A stretch of DNA of 64,000 bases, from the NCBI GenBank assembly GCA_009914755.4, contig CP086569.2, positions 3,264,001 to 3,328,000 on the forward strand. The letters are read 5' to 3'. The notes beneath the pieces were generated by a model. That model had not been told where the DNA came from and made no database searches. It saw only the letters and a program-made list of their open reading frames with translations. The stretch comes from the human T2T-CHM13v2.0 reference genome, Homo sapiens. A program made the position numbers and the translations under genes. Positions 52,690-64,000 of this stretch are shown here, one piece after another (position 1 is the stretch's first letter; each line of letters starts with the position of its first letter).

Positions 52690-54400
52690 TGCCTATGAAA
52701 ATGAGTGAATATCATATTTGACAGACTTCAATGTATACGTGATTTTAAAAGTACTTCAATGTATGATGACAATATTTCATCAAACAATATCATAAAGGGG
52801 AGAAAATTATATATAAATTAATACAAATTATGGATTTTAAAAATAAAATAACCAATAAATTATTTATTAAAAGGAATAAAGGGTAGATATAAGCTGACAT
52901 AAAAATAATTCACAGATGTAAAGGTAAATTAATAGAGATAATGCAATGAAAAGAACAGGGTAAACAAGAATGAACAATTCACGAAAATGAGCAGAGACTC
53001 CCAGAAATGTGGGACAGCGTTAAATAGTCCAACATACACATATTGCGAATACCAAAAAAAAGGAAAAAAAAAAGAGAAGAAAAGTCATTCCAAAAATTAA
53101 TGACCAAAAATTTCTCAAATTTATTGAAAAGCCTTAATCTACATAAACAGGAATCTCAACAAACTCCAAGTAGGATAAATACCAAAAAATCCACAAATCA
53201 ACACATTATGGTAAAAATGCTGAAAGCCAAAGACAAAATCTGTAAAGCATCAGAGAACAATAACTCATTACTTACAAGAAATCCCCAAAAAGAGGAAAAG
53301 CTGGCTTTTTATAAGGAACGATGAAGAGCAGAAGGCAGTGGGATCACATATGCGGAGTCTAAAAAAAAGCCTATTGAACAAGAACCCTATATCCAAAAAA
53401 TTATCCTATAAGAATGAAAGCAAAAGGAATTTAAAAATGCATAAAACAAAAACTAACCCAAGTAAAGGGAGAATTAACCATTTCTCCCCATAATAGATGG
53501 ATATTTTAATACCCGACATTCAATAATGAATAGAACAACTAGGCAGATGACAAACAAGGAAACAATACTTGAACAACATGATAAACCAAATGGAACTAAC
53601 AGACATTTATAGAACACTTAAAAACAGAAGAATACACATCTTTCTCAAGGGCACACAGGACATTCTTAGAATAGGCCTTATGATAAGTCATTAAATAAAC
53701 TTCCATAAATTTTAATGGATTAAATTAATATAAAAAAGTTCTATGACCACAATTGAATGAAATTTAAAAATCTATAAAAGAAGAAGTTTTGAAAGCTCTC
53801 TTATATGGAAATTAAACAACACACTTTGAAATAACAAACAGGTAAAAGAAGAAATTGAAAGCAAAATTATAAAATACTTAGATATGTAAAAAATTGAAGG
53901 TATAACATAATACTTATTGTACATGGTTAAAGCAGTATTTAAAGGGAAATTTATAATAGTAAATTCTTATCTTAAAATAAACACAAAGCTCTCAAATTAG
54001 TCACCTAACTTTCCACATTATGACACTAGAAAAAGAAAATAAAATATAAATCAAGCAGAAGTAATAAAAAATAAAAATTAAAGCAGAAATGAAAAAAGAG
54101 AATGCAAAATTAGATAAAAATCAAAGAATTCAATAGCTAGTTTATTTAAAAAGTTAAATAAATTGGGAAGCTAATAATTATATAGATGAAGAGTAAAGAA
54201 AATTACTAGATTCCAAAACAAAAGAGAGGATATTACTACTGACTTTAGAGAATAAAAGACTAAAGAGGAATGCTATGAACAATTATGTGAAAATAATCTG
54301 TAATATTATGTTTACTATAATTTTTATTTCTTGGTGTTGTAAAACTATAAGATCTGATTTTCAAAGAGAAGCAAACATAATTATATTTTAAAAATTCCAA
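52690..54400 (+). mobile_element. Ancient L1 (L1M-type) 5' portion: ORF1 and the start of ORF2
   Basis: ORF 53043-53324 (...KKREEKSFQKLMTKNFSNLLKSLNLHKQESQQTPSRINTKKSTNQHIMVKMLKAKDKICKASE...) matches L1M ORF1p (...FPNLMKDINLQIQEAQQTPSRINTKRSTPRHIIVKLLKVKDKEKILKAAREK...). Downstream frames read NNTLLNNQ.VKEEIESKI...[23 protein letters not shown]..., the ORF2 endonuclease end, with many stops. Confidence 0.8.
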
Positions 54401-55550
54401 AATACTGTTTTGTCAATGCTTTATTGCAATATAATTCACACGTGATACAATTCATTCCATTTGAAGTATACAATCAATTTTAGATGACTGTTACCACATC
54501 AGAAAAAAGGCCTATACCTTTTAGCTATTACACCTTAGTTCCCAGCTCTAAGCAAACAGTAACTACTTTTTGCCTCTCTAGATTTGTCTATGGTAGACAT
54601 TTTGTATTAGCAGTATCATACAATATGTGGTCTTCTGTAAGATAATTATTTCATTTTGAATAATGTTTCCAAGGTTAATCCATATTGTAACCTATATTAG
54701 TAGTCCATTCCATATTTATGACCAAATAATATTCCAATGTATGGATATGGCAAATTTTATTTATCAGTTGATATATATTTGGTCTATTTACATCATTGAA
54801 TATTGTTAATACTGCTATAAACATGTATGATTATATATATATATATATATTCATTTATCTTGGGTTTACAGCTAAGTGTGGAATTGCTGGATCACATGGT
54901 AACACTATAGATAACAATTTGAGGACTCCCAGACTATTTTCAAAAGTGGCTGCACCTTTTATATTCCCCATCATCAGTGTATGAGGGTCTTCTTTATCAA
55001 TGTTCTTGTTAACATGTGGTGCTATCTGACTTTTTGTATATAGAAATTGCAGTGAGTGTAATGTAGCATCTCATTGTGGTTTTGATTTGCATTTACCTGA
55101 TGACTAAATCTTATTGACCATTTGTGTCATCTTTTTTGGAGAAATATTTATCAAGGTCCTTTGCCCAAATTTTAATTGAGTTGTCCTTTTGTTATTTAGT
55201 TGTACGTATTCTTTACATATTAAAATATAAATCCTTTGTCAAATCTGTGACCAAAAATATTTTGTGCTATTTTGTAGGCTTTTTTTAACTTTGTAGTGTC
55301 CTTTGAAGCACAGAAATTTTTAATTTTGATAAAATGCAATTTATCTAATTTTTCCTTTTGTTTCTTGTGTTTTTCTTGTCATACCTAAGAATCTATTGCC
55401 AAATCCAAGGTCACAAAGAATCACCCCTATGCTTCTACTAAAAGTTTAGTTTTAGAACTTACATTTAGGTTTTAAGTCTATTTGTTGAAAGGATTATTTT
55501 TTCCACATTAATAGTGTTAGCACCATTTGGGAAATAGTTTTGGCTTGCTA
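54400..55550 (-). mobile_element. Ancient L1 (L1M-type) 3' portion in opposite orientation, abutting the plus-strand L1M fragment
   Basis: The reverse-complement translation gives ...[35 protein letters not shown]-like and ...[12 protein letters not shown]..., ...IYTMEYY-like strings (for example LHSLQFLYTKSQIAPHVNKNIDKEDPHTLMMGNIKGAATFENSLGVLKLLSIVLPCDPAIPHLAVNPR). A poly-A-signal-like caataaagc lies near the low-coordinate end. Confidence 0.7.
54826..54850. repeat. (TA)n microsatellite
   Basis: gattatatatatatatatatatattc. Confidence 0.9.
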
Positions 55551-56329
55551 ATGGCCCTTAGTGGAAACTGAATACTTAACCATGAACCTATAAGTTTTCA
55601 TGGAATCTAAGCTATCCATCATAAACTGTAAATAATATATGCAGGCCCTGAAGGCATAATTAAGTTACATAAAACATGGTCCAAATGTCCATAGTCCCTA
55701 TTCTTGCTACATTACCTTCTCTATTCCATCCTATACCTATGTTTGATTGGAGTTTTCTACAATCAGCTGATTGAGGAAGAGAAAACTTGGGCTGCTTTAC
55801 GGGTGATTCTGAGCAATATGTAAGTATCAACCAAAAGTGGGCAGCTGCAACAGTATAGCCCTTTTCTAAGACATCCCTGAAGGAGAAGATGAAAGACAGT
55901 CCTCACAGTGAGTAAAACTTTGGGCAGTGCGCCTGATTGTTCACTTTTCCTGGGATAAGAAATGCCCTTTCATGTGATTGCATATTTATTCATGGGTTCT
56001 AGCCAGTAGACTGGCTGTATAATCATGAAATTAGAAGGAACATGATTGGAAAAATTTGTGAAGTCTGAGAAAGAGGTATGCGAATAATCTTCTCTGAATG
56101 GGAAAAATACATAAAAATATTTGTATTTCATAGGAATGCTTACCAAAGAGTGACCTTGGAAAAAGAGGATTTTAATGATCAAGGGATTTAATGACCCATT
56201 CTATAAATACAAGTCAGCCTCTGTTCTCAGACACTGCTGTCATTGCCCAATAGGCTCATCAATAAAGTGGCCGTGGTGGCAGGGATGAAAGTATTGTATG
56301 AGCTCAGCAAAATGGACTTCCACTGACCA

Positions 56330-56700
56330 AAGCTAACCTGGTTACAGCCACTTCCAAGCGCCCAATATGCCAGCAGCATAGAACACTGAGAATCTAATAG
56401 GACACCATTTACCAGGATGATGCGCCAGCTTGGTAGCAGATTGATTACACTGGACTACTCTCATTATGGAAATGTTAGCACTTTGTTCTTACTGATACAA
56501 ATGCTTACTCTGGGTATAGATTTGTCTTCCCTGAACACAATGCTTCTATCAAAAATATCCTTGCACTTACAGAATGCCATATACCCAGTCAAAATATTCC
56601 TGATAGCGTTAGGAGTAGAAGGTATTCGAGTTACCAGTGTGAAATCCATATGAGTCTGCAACAACCTCAATTCTTGCCTCCTCAGAAGAAATAATTTGAC
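56330..56700 (+). pseudogene. Orphan retroviral integrase core remnant (zinc-finger end plus first Asp of the DDE core); family unknown
   Basis: A plus-frame translation gives ...KRPICQQHRTL...YQDDAPAW*QIDYTGLLSLWKC*HFVLTDTNAYSGYRFVFPEH.... This matches the retroviral IN pattern C-x2-C ... (R)PG.hWQIDFTgplp ... vLVDTFSGw.eaFP. It is not contiguous with either provirus and contains stops. Confidence 0.55.
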
Positions 56701-56977
56701 TAAGGAGCATAGGGCATAAAAACAGCCTGAAGCAAGTTTCAAAGCAAGAGAGGAAGTTTATTTTTAAAAGCTCTAGAGCAGGATAGAAAGGAAAGTACAC
56801 TTGGAAGAGGCCCAAGTGATCAACTTCAAGGAGAAGTGTGGCATTTAACCTTGATTCTCGGACTTTATATGTTGGCCCACTCCCAGTGTCTTGCACCCCT
56901 TTCCCATGATTTCAGAGATTCTTCCCTTAGGGTGGGATGCCCATATGGGCAGTGTCCTTCTTATGCTTGGGAAGTGA

Positions 56978-57490
<513 letters not shown>

Positions 57491-59685
57491 AGAAGTGTTT
57501 TTATCTGTTTGGGAAGTTGCCTCTCCCTGGCGCCTGCACTGAATTAGCACTTTAGTGTGACAGTTGTGAACCATCGGGAGATTGTCTTTCCTTGGCACTG
57601 GCTGCCAAATTATCATTTTAGAGAGGCAATATAGTAACTGCCAAACCATCACCTGATGGTCACCTGACATTCCTGATGGGTGTGGGGGAAGAGCCCTCTC
57701 ATGTCCCACTCATGCCTGTCTAACTACTGTGTGGCTTTTGTAGTTCGACGAGTGGAGGGAAATGGCACTCAGCAGTTTTTTCTTCCCATTGCTCAGAGAG
57801 CAGGAGGAAGGGTTACAGTGTTACAGTATTCCTTCAGTGCCACTTCACCAGCCGGAAATCTCCACGGCTGCCATGACTTCTGCCTGGGCCCTTGCTCAGG
57901 CTGGCCAGTCTCACTACACCCTCTCAGTCCGACAGGCTGCACTTGGCTTGCACCCTGGCCCAGATCCTGTGCCCACTGCAGGATCCATGGTCAGCCTGTG
58001 GCTGGATCAGGCATGGTGCAAGCAGCCTCTGCATTGGGTGCTGGTGTTTAAATAAGGGGAACATGGTGGTGCCCGAAAACTTGGAGATGCCAGCAACCAT
58101 GGAGCCCCAAGGGTTGTTACAGCTCTTGCCCGGGGAGTCCAGAGGTCTAATCCCCCAAGAAATGCTACAGCTGTTGCTCATTCCTGCTGTGTGTCACAGC
58201 TCTTTCGGTCCCAAAGCCCACAGCTCCACAAATGGGGGCGTTTTATAGCTCATTTGGTCTGCTGCCTGCAGCTTGGCAAGTTCCAGGTTTTTGTCCCATG
58301 AACAAAAGGAGTAAGGTATGCAACACGGAAGAGTGAGTAGGGCAAAGAATTTTATTGAGCCGACAGAAGGAAAACTCTCACCGGAGAAGGGACCCAAGAG
58401 CAGGTAGCACTCTGTGTGAGAGGGGGCCTAAAAGTGAGTAGCCGTCTGTGTGGCTGAGTCCAAGGTTTTCATGGGCTCAGAATAGCGGAGTGCATGTTGA
58501 TGGCCCATGGGTGGGCCTGGAAAAAGCACCATTTGATTGGCTAAAAGGCATCAAGGAAGTTCTCACTCCAGTCATGGACTCTTCCTGGAACTGGCAGCTC
58601 AGTTTTCAGGATTTAAACTGTCTTTGGCTTGAAGATTGGGTTTCACTGGGGAAACATCCCTGTCTGCCTAGGAATTTGTCTGTCTCCTGCTGCCATCAAT
58701 TTTCCCTCCAAAGAGGTACATCTAACTGCCATTAGGATAGGGATGGTGACTGCTCTAACTGCTTCTTGCTGATGGGGGCATTATTTTGTAAAAATGGCAG
58801 TCATCTCTCTCTCAGAGGCCTAGCTAAGGGTCCCTGGTAAAAGGGAGTCATCATCTGAGGCTCTATTTGCATAACGATTTAATGGCCTCTAGGTGAGGAG
58901 AGAGATTTTACAAGGAGGTTAAATATGCATGGACCAAATATGAGTATTATACAAAGAGAAGCCAAAAGGGCAAAAAATCTAGTGCCAAAGAAAACAGAAA
59001 TAAGAAGTAAAATAGACTAATCATTCTGAAAACAATGTTGTGGCCAGAGCTGTTTTAACCTGGTGAAAGAAATTAAATCTTGTATGCAGGAGGGCAGTTA
59101 AACTTTAGAAGGTAGATAGCTATTTAGGGAAGTAGATAATCCCTGGGCATTCAGGATTAAGGGGTCCTTGGCAAAGATACCTTATGGTAAAGAACAGAAC
59201 AAAGGCAAGAACAGCGAGCACAGGTGAGACTGTAAAGAGAGTATTCATGGAAGGTTAATGATTATTGACATTTATCTTTTGTGATTTTTAGCTTGAGGTC
59301 TCCAATTTCTTCACACTGGTGCTCTGGGTGCTCTTCTGTGTCAACAGAGGTAATTCTGTGTTTCCCAGGCCTTTACTCAACTATAATGAATCCAAAAATC
59401 TATTCCAGTGACCCTTACTGCCAAAGGAGTAGAAACAAGTACAGTGTACATTCCTTCCCAATATAGGCCTAGAGAGGGAGAAAGGGAAGGAAGTGCCTTT
59501 ACCAGTACTGAGTCCCCTGGGTTGAATAGACATGGTCCTAGTTCACAGAGTTGGGCCTCCAACAGTTGTTTCAGTTCCTGTTTGAAATGGGCCAAAGAAG
59601 TTACATGTTTCATCAGTGTAGAGGTATCAGAGGTTTCTTGGACTAGCAAGAAATCATTGGTGAGAAAATCCCGTTCATATATCCC

Positions 59686-59982
59686 TTTTTTTTTTTTTTT
59701 TGAGATAGGGTCTCACTCTGTGGCCCAGGCTGGAGTGCAGTGGTATGATCTTGGCTCTCCGCAACCTCCACCTTCTGGGTTAAAGCAATTCTCATGACTT
59801 AGCCTCCCAAGTAGCTGGAACTACAGTTGTGAGCCACCACACCTGGCTAATGCTTTTTATTTTTAGTAGAGATGGGGTTTCACCATGCTGGCTAGTCTGA
59901 TCTCGAACTCTGACCTCAAGTGGTCTGCCCACTTTGGCCTCCCAAAGTGCTGAGATTACAGGCATGAGCCACTGTGCCCGGC
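59686..59982 (-). mobile_element. AluS/Y nested in the provirus pol/IN region
   Basis: Poly-T(16) then gagatagggtctcactctgtggcccaggctggagtgcagtggtatgatcttggctc...ggcatgagccactgtgcccggc. Confidence 0.95.
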
Positions 59983-62900
59983 GCATGTATTTTTTTCAAA
60001 GGGGTTTAATCCCAATTTTGAAGGGATGTCCCTAACACATAGTAGGAACATGGAAAGAAGAGTAATCTAGAGGAAATGAGTCTCTTGAGACAGTTTTTTG
60101 AGGTGCCTTTCGATAATATAATTCGTCTTTTCTAGGTCTCCTAAGGATTGTGGTCTATAAGCAAAATAAAGATAGTATTATATTCCTAGTGCCTTTGAGA
60201 CCCCCCCTCTGTGACAGCTGTCTTGAATAAAGGGCCATTATCACTGTGGAAGTATTTAGGGAGTCCAAAGTAAGGAATTATTTCATTAATTAGTCCTTTT
60301 ATCACCTCAGAGGCTTTCTCTATTTGACTTGGAAATGTTTCTACCCAGTTAGTTCCACAAAAGCCTTTAAAGAGTCCAGTCTGGGTTTTCTAAGGGGGTT
60401 TCTTTGAGGTTCTCTCTGGCCACATAGGTTTGCACTACTATCTGTTCACATCCCATTCAAGCTCCCCAGCTTTCTCTGGGAGGAAGGTGGCTGGGTTTAG
60501 GGAGGGACAGCTTCTGAACTGGACCATAGATCCCTCTAATAGCAGCTCTTGATAATTGAGAAGGTTGATGTCCATTAGCCAGAGACTCCCTTCCTGCCAC
60601 ATTATGTGGCATATAAACAGTTAAGTTATTCCTCATGGTTAACTTAGTAGCCTCTGGTACCAGCAAGGCTGCTGCTGCAACTGCCCAGAGGCAGGCTGGT
60701 CATTCTTTAGCTACCAACACAAGCTCCTTGCTTAGGTAGCCTACAGGATGCTGGGCTGGACCTTGGGCCTGGGTTAGAACTCCCAGGGCCATTCCTTTCC
60801 TTTCTGGTATGTAAAGATTGACCATCTGTCTAAGGAAAGACTAAGGGTCAGTGCCTCAAGCAAGGCTTGTTTCAATTAGTCAAAGGCCCTTTTAGCCTCT
60901 GGTTCCTAAATTAGGGAGTGAGTCTTAGCTGCTTGAGTTTCCTTTAATAGGTGACATAAGGGATAAGCTATCTCACTGTACCCAGGAATGCATAATCTGA
61001 AGAATCCTGTAGTGCCCAAGAATCCCCTCAGTTGCTCGATGGTTTTGGGAAGGGAAAAGGAGGAGATGGGCTTAATCCTTTCTTTGCCTAGCACCCTTGT
61101 CCCCTCTAACAAGATTAGACCTAGGCACTATACTGAATTCTGACAGAGCAGAGCCTTAGATTTTGAGACCTTATATTCTCCGTTAGCCAGAAAATTAAGA
61201 AGAGCCTTACTGCCCTCCTGAAAATTTCCTCAGTTGGGGCACAGAAGAGAATGTCACCTACTCATTGTAAAAGTTTAACCTGAGGCTAAAGGAACCCTCA
61301 GAGATCTTTTGACACTGCCTCCCCAAACAGGTGGGGAGCTGTCTCAGAATACCTCAGGTAACACCATCCAGGTTAGCTGGGTGGTATGGTTGGAGAGATT
61401 CTTGAATTCAAACAAATACTGGGAGTTGGGGTGTAGCAGTATGCAGAAAAGTGCATCCTTTTGGTCCAGGACTGTGAAGCACTTAGATCTCTAGGTATTT
61501 GTGTTAGCAGGGTATATGAATTGGAAACCACTGTATGAATTGGAACCACAGCCTCATTAATGAGTTGGAGGTCCTGGACCAGTCTCCATTCCTCATTGGG
61601 TTTCTGTACCCCCAACACCAGGGTATTACACGGGCTGTTGCAGGGTTTGAGGAGGTCCTGCATCCTCAAATTATCAATAATAGTTTTTAGCTCTTTCCTA
61701 ACTTCTGGTTTTAGGAGACATTATCTCTGGTTAGGAAAGCAGGTGGGATCTTTAAGGTGGATCCAGACCAGTATGGCATTTGTGGCTCAGTCAATCATTC
61801 CTTGACTTGCCTAAACTTCTGGGCTAATATTGGTCTCCATAAGGGGGATGCAAAGAGTCTGTCCTGGAGCCATAAGAATGGTGGTTTTCATATAAGCTAA
61901 GATATCCCTGCCCAGCAGAAGAATTGGGCTTTCAGGCATGATTAAAAAGTCATAAGTAAACAAGAGGTCTCCCCAGTTACAACTAAGAGGTTGGGAAAAA
62001 TGTCAGGTTAAAGGCTTTCCTGAGATTCCCCTCACAGTCATGCTAAGGGAGTGGAGGCCCAGAATGGAAAGGAGAACAGAAATGGCCACTTAATTGTCGA
62101 GGAAGAGGTCCACCTTCCTCCCTTCAACCTCCAGAATCACCCAGGACTCCTGGATAGTAATGACAATCTCAACCATTGCAGCCAGGGAGAGGAACTCCAG
62201 TCTCATCAGTCCTGCTGGACCATTTGAGAGATTGGCTCTGGACCCAGTGACCTGAATCTGGGAACAGTCCACCCTCTAGTGGTCCCCATTGCTGATTAAA
62301 CAGGGTTGAAGTGGCTTCCTTACTCTTCCAGGGCAGTTTTTCCTAAAGTGCCATGGCTTGCCATATTTGTAGCAGTTAACAGGTGCTTCTCAGGGATTCT
62401 GGGATTTGTGAGCCTGCAAGGCAGCCATGAGAGCTTCTGCCTTTTTCTTGTGTCTCTTATCTCTCTCTCCTGAGCCTTCTCCTGATTCCTATGGTAAAAG
62501 ACTGAGGTAACTACTTTCAGGAGGTTCTCTAAAGTACTATCTGGTCCCAGGGGCTGTTTCTGCAGTTTCTTCCTGATTTTAGTTGTTCTCCAATTGAATC
62601 AGGATTAGTTGTTCAATTAGATTAGGATTAGTTGAATTAGGACTTGTTGTTCTTCAATTGAATCTGGAGATAGAGGGTTGTGTTTTACCAAGGCATCTCT
62701 TAGCTTTTCCAGGAAGGGCAATGGGATTCTCTAATTCCTGGTCTATCACGGATAGTTTGGAGTAATTGAGAGGCTTAGTTCTAGTCTTTTGTAAGCCCTC
62801 CAATATGCACACCTAAAGTGTTTCCTCTGCCATTTTTCCATTTCATCACTGGGGTCCCATTTAAGGTCCTCCACTGGTACTGCTATTCTTCCCATTGGGT

Positions 62901-63653
62901 AAGGCTCATCTGCTTCCTTGGCACTATATGAGATACAAAGCTCATCCTAATAATTCTACTGCTTTTTAGCAGTAGTCAGGGTTTGATTCAAAAGTAATAT
63001 CCTTCCAGGAGAGTTTAAATACTTGGGTTAAATTCTGGAAAGCCTGTATATTCCTGTCAGAGTCATCTGAAAACTTGCCGAGATCACCCTTAATTTGCCT
63101 TTTACCTTAAGTCCTGTAGAGAAAAGGGGACCTGGGACCGTAATGGGAAAATATTCACCAGGTATTTCTTGCAGGGGAAGGAATGAGACTGGGACTTGCC
63201 TAAAATGAGGATTTCTAGGATGAGGCAAACTTGAGAGAGAACCTGAATAGGGATGATGGAGTGGGCCAGGAGGAGCAGGGTTGGAGGGAGATGACTCCTC
63301 TGCTGAAGGCACCTCTGAGATTTGCTTCCCTAGTCCCTTCCGATTTTCCTTTGCAGATTATAACCTAGCCAAGGCTTTGTGCACAGGAATATAAGGCATA
63401 TTTTTTGCCCAGAGTCTGAGGGTCAAAGAGTCCCAGTGATTCAGGATGCACTCAAGAGAAGTGCAGGCTGAAGATAGTTTGTTACCCATCTGAAAGAAAA
63501 GGGGAAAGGCATCCCTTAGTTCCCTTCTCTCTTCCAGTGAAATCCTGGGGTATGTGAGGGAGAGAAAAAAAGGCATCCCTTTCTTTCTTCCCTTCTCCGA
63601 GTCCTGGAAGCCACTAGGTGCACCACCCATGGACACAAGTGCAAGTGCCAACC

Positions 63654-63877
63654 ATGAAGTAGGAAGGCCTAGTCATTAGGGATGGTCACACTTACCTACG
63701 CTGTGCCTTAGCCTTCCACTGTTGGTAACCTTTGGGTTCCCTAGACCTCATCTATGCCACAGATGCAAGCAAATTCTTCACCCATGAAGCAGGAAGGCCT
63801 AGTTGGCAGAAACAATCATACTCACCTGCGTGGTACCGTAGCCTTCTGCTGTCTACTGTCTCTGAATCCCTCAGATC
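63654..63877 (-). repeat. Tandem duplication of about 129 bp period (2 units, about 75% identical) in the ERV leader; each unit carries a consensus splice donor on the ERV sense strand
   Basis: Unit 1 (63654-63750): catgaagtaggaaggcctagtcattagggatggtcacacttacctacgctgtgccttagcc.... Unit 2 (63783-63877): catgaagcaggaaggcctagttggcagaaacaatcatactcacctgcgtggtaccgtagcc.... The reverse complements read cgtagGTAAGTg and cgcagGTGAGTa. Confidence 0.7.
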
Positions 63878-64000
63878 AAGTTTTGGTTTTAGGGCTCCAT
63901 ACCTAAGCTTGGAAAATACATTGGAGTAATGTAAAGTGAAGCTGTGGAACCAGATGCATTAAGGCACCTTTTTAGTACTACCTTGTTCTATGATTCAAGT

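Larger units (their letters stand above)
58190..64000 (-). mobile_element. ERV1-class (gamma-like) provirus internal region with gag-pro-pol and an env-tail remnant; runs off the window edge before the 5' LTR; nested Alu at 59686-59982
   Basis: Minus-strand ORFs match the following. Gag N-terminus: FFQMGNKLSS...LNHWDSL (compare MGQTVTTPLSLTLDHW; 63358-63651 and 63028-63312). Protease: LEVEGRKVDLFLDN (compare LKVGGQPVTFLVDTGA; 62090-62272). RT: DLLKPCNSPCNTLVLGVQKPNEEWRLVQDLQLINEAVVPIHTVVSNSYTLL (61373-61669). RT-connection: LPKTIEQLRGFLGTTGFFRLCIPGYSEIAYPL (compare [37 protein letters not shown]; 60906-61112). Also ATKLTMRNNLTVYMPHNV (60457-66666 region; ORF 60457-60666). IN C-terminus: LGLYWEGMYTVLVSTPLAVRVTGIDFWIHYS (59377-59470). 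TM tail: ...LPCCIPYSFCSWDKNLELAKLQAADQMSYK (58194-58397). Confidence 0.85.

Noticed and set aside
57491-58400. Initially read as a plus-strand LTR because TATAAAA-like and AATAAA-like strings occur
   Set aside because: The order of the motifs is wrong for a sense LTR on either strand. The segment instead translates (minus strand) into a retroviral TM cytoplasmic-tail-like peptide followed by U3-like sequence. It is reinterpreted as the env tail plus the start of the 3' LTR of the minus-strand provirus.

Overview
This window is human or other primate genomic DNA, not prokaryotic. The evidence is about ten Alu SINEs with poly-A tails and target-site duplications (TSDs), several LINE-1 elements with recognisable ORF1/ORF2 remnants, MaLR/THE1 LTRs, an LTR12C (HERV9 LTR), a Tigger1 DNA transposon, a MADE1 MITE, two gamma-like (ERV1) proviruses and many (GT)n/(CA)n microsatellites. 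The sequence is AT-rich, gene-poor and roughly two-thirds repeats. I could not recognise any host protein-coding gene, rRNA, tRNA, CRISPR array or defence system.

Layout by coordinate:
- 1-2.3 kb: unique AT-rich DNA.
- 2.3-9.0 kb: a full-length but defective L1PA (minus strand) carrying an Alu, abutted by a partial Alu.
- 9-30 kb: mostly unique AT-rich DNA with scattered MaLR LTRs and interior pieces, a solo ERV LTR, Alus and microsatellites.
- 30.6-34.3 kb: Tigger1 with two nested insertions.
- 35.0-42.5 kb: an older, nearly full-length L1 (minus strand) with nested LTR12C and THE1 LTR.
- 43.3 kb: a MADE1 palindrome.
- 43.45-51.45 kb: an ERV1 provirus (plus strand) whose 5' LTR is split by a young L1PA 3' fragment.
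- 52.7-55.5 kb: two abutting L1M fragments in opposite orientations.
- 56.3 kb: an orphan ERV integrase remnant.
- 56.7-64 kb: a second ERV1-like provirus (minus strand) running off the window edge, carrying a composite Alu.

Almost every ORF in the six-frame track is transposon-derived or spurious. No novel biological system is evident. The observations worth a second look are the nested insertion structures, a possibly active LTR12C promoter, a MADE1 hairpin, unexplained direct and inverted local repeats, and duplicated splice-donor units in an ERV leader. All coordinates are approximate (tens of bp) and were derived by eye without alignment tools.
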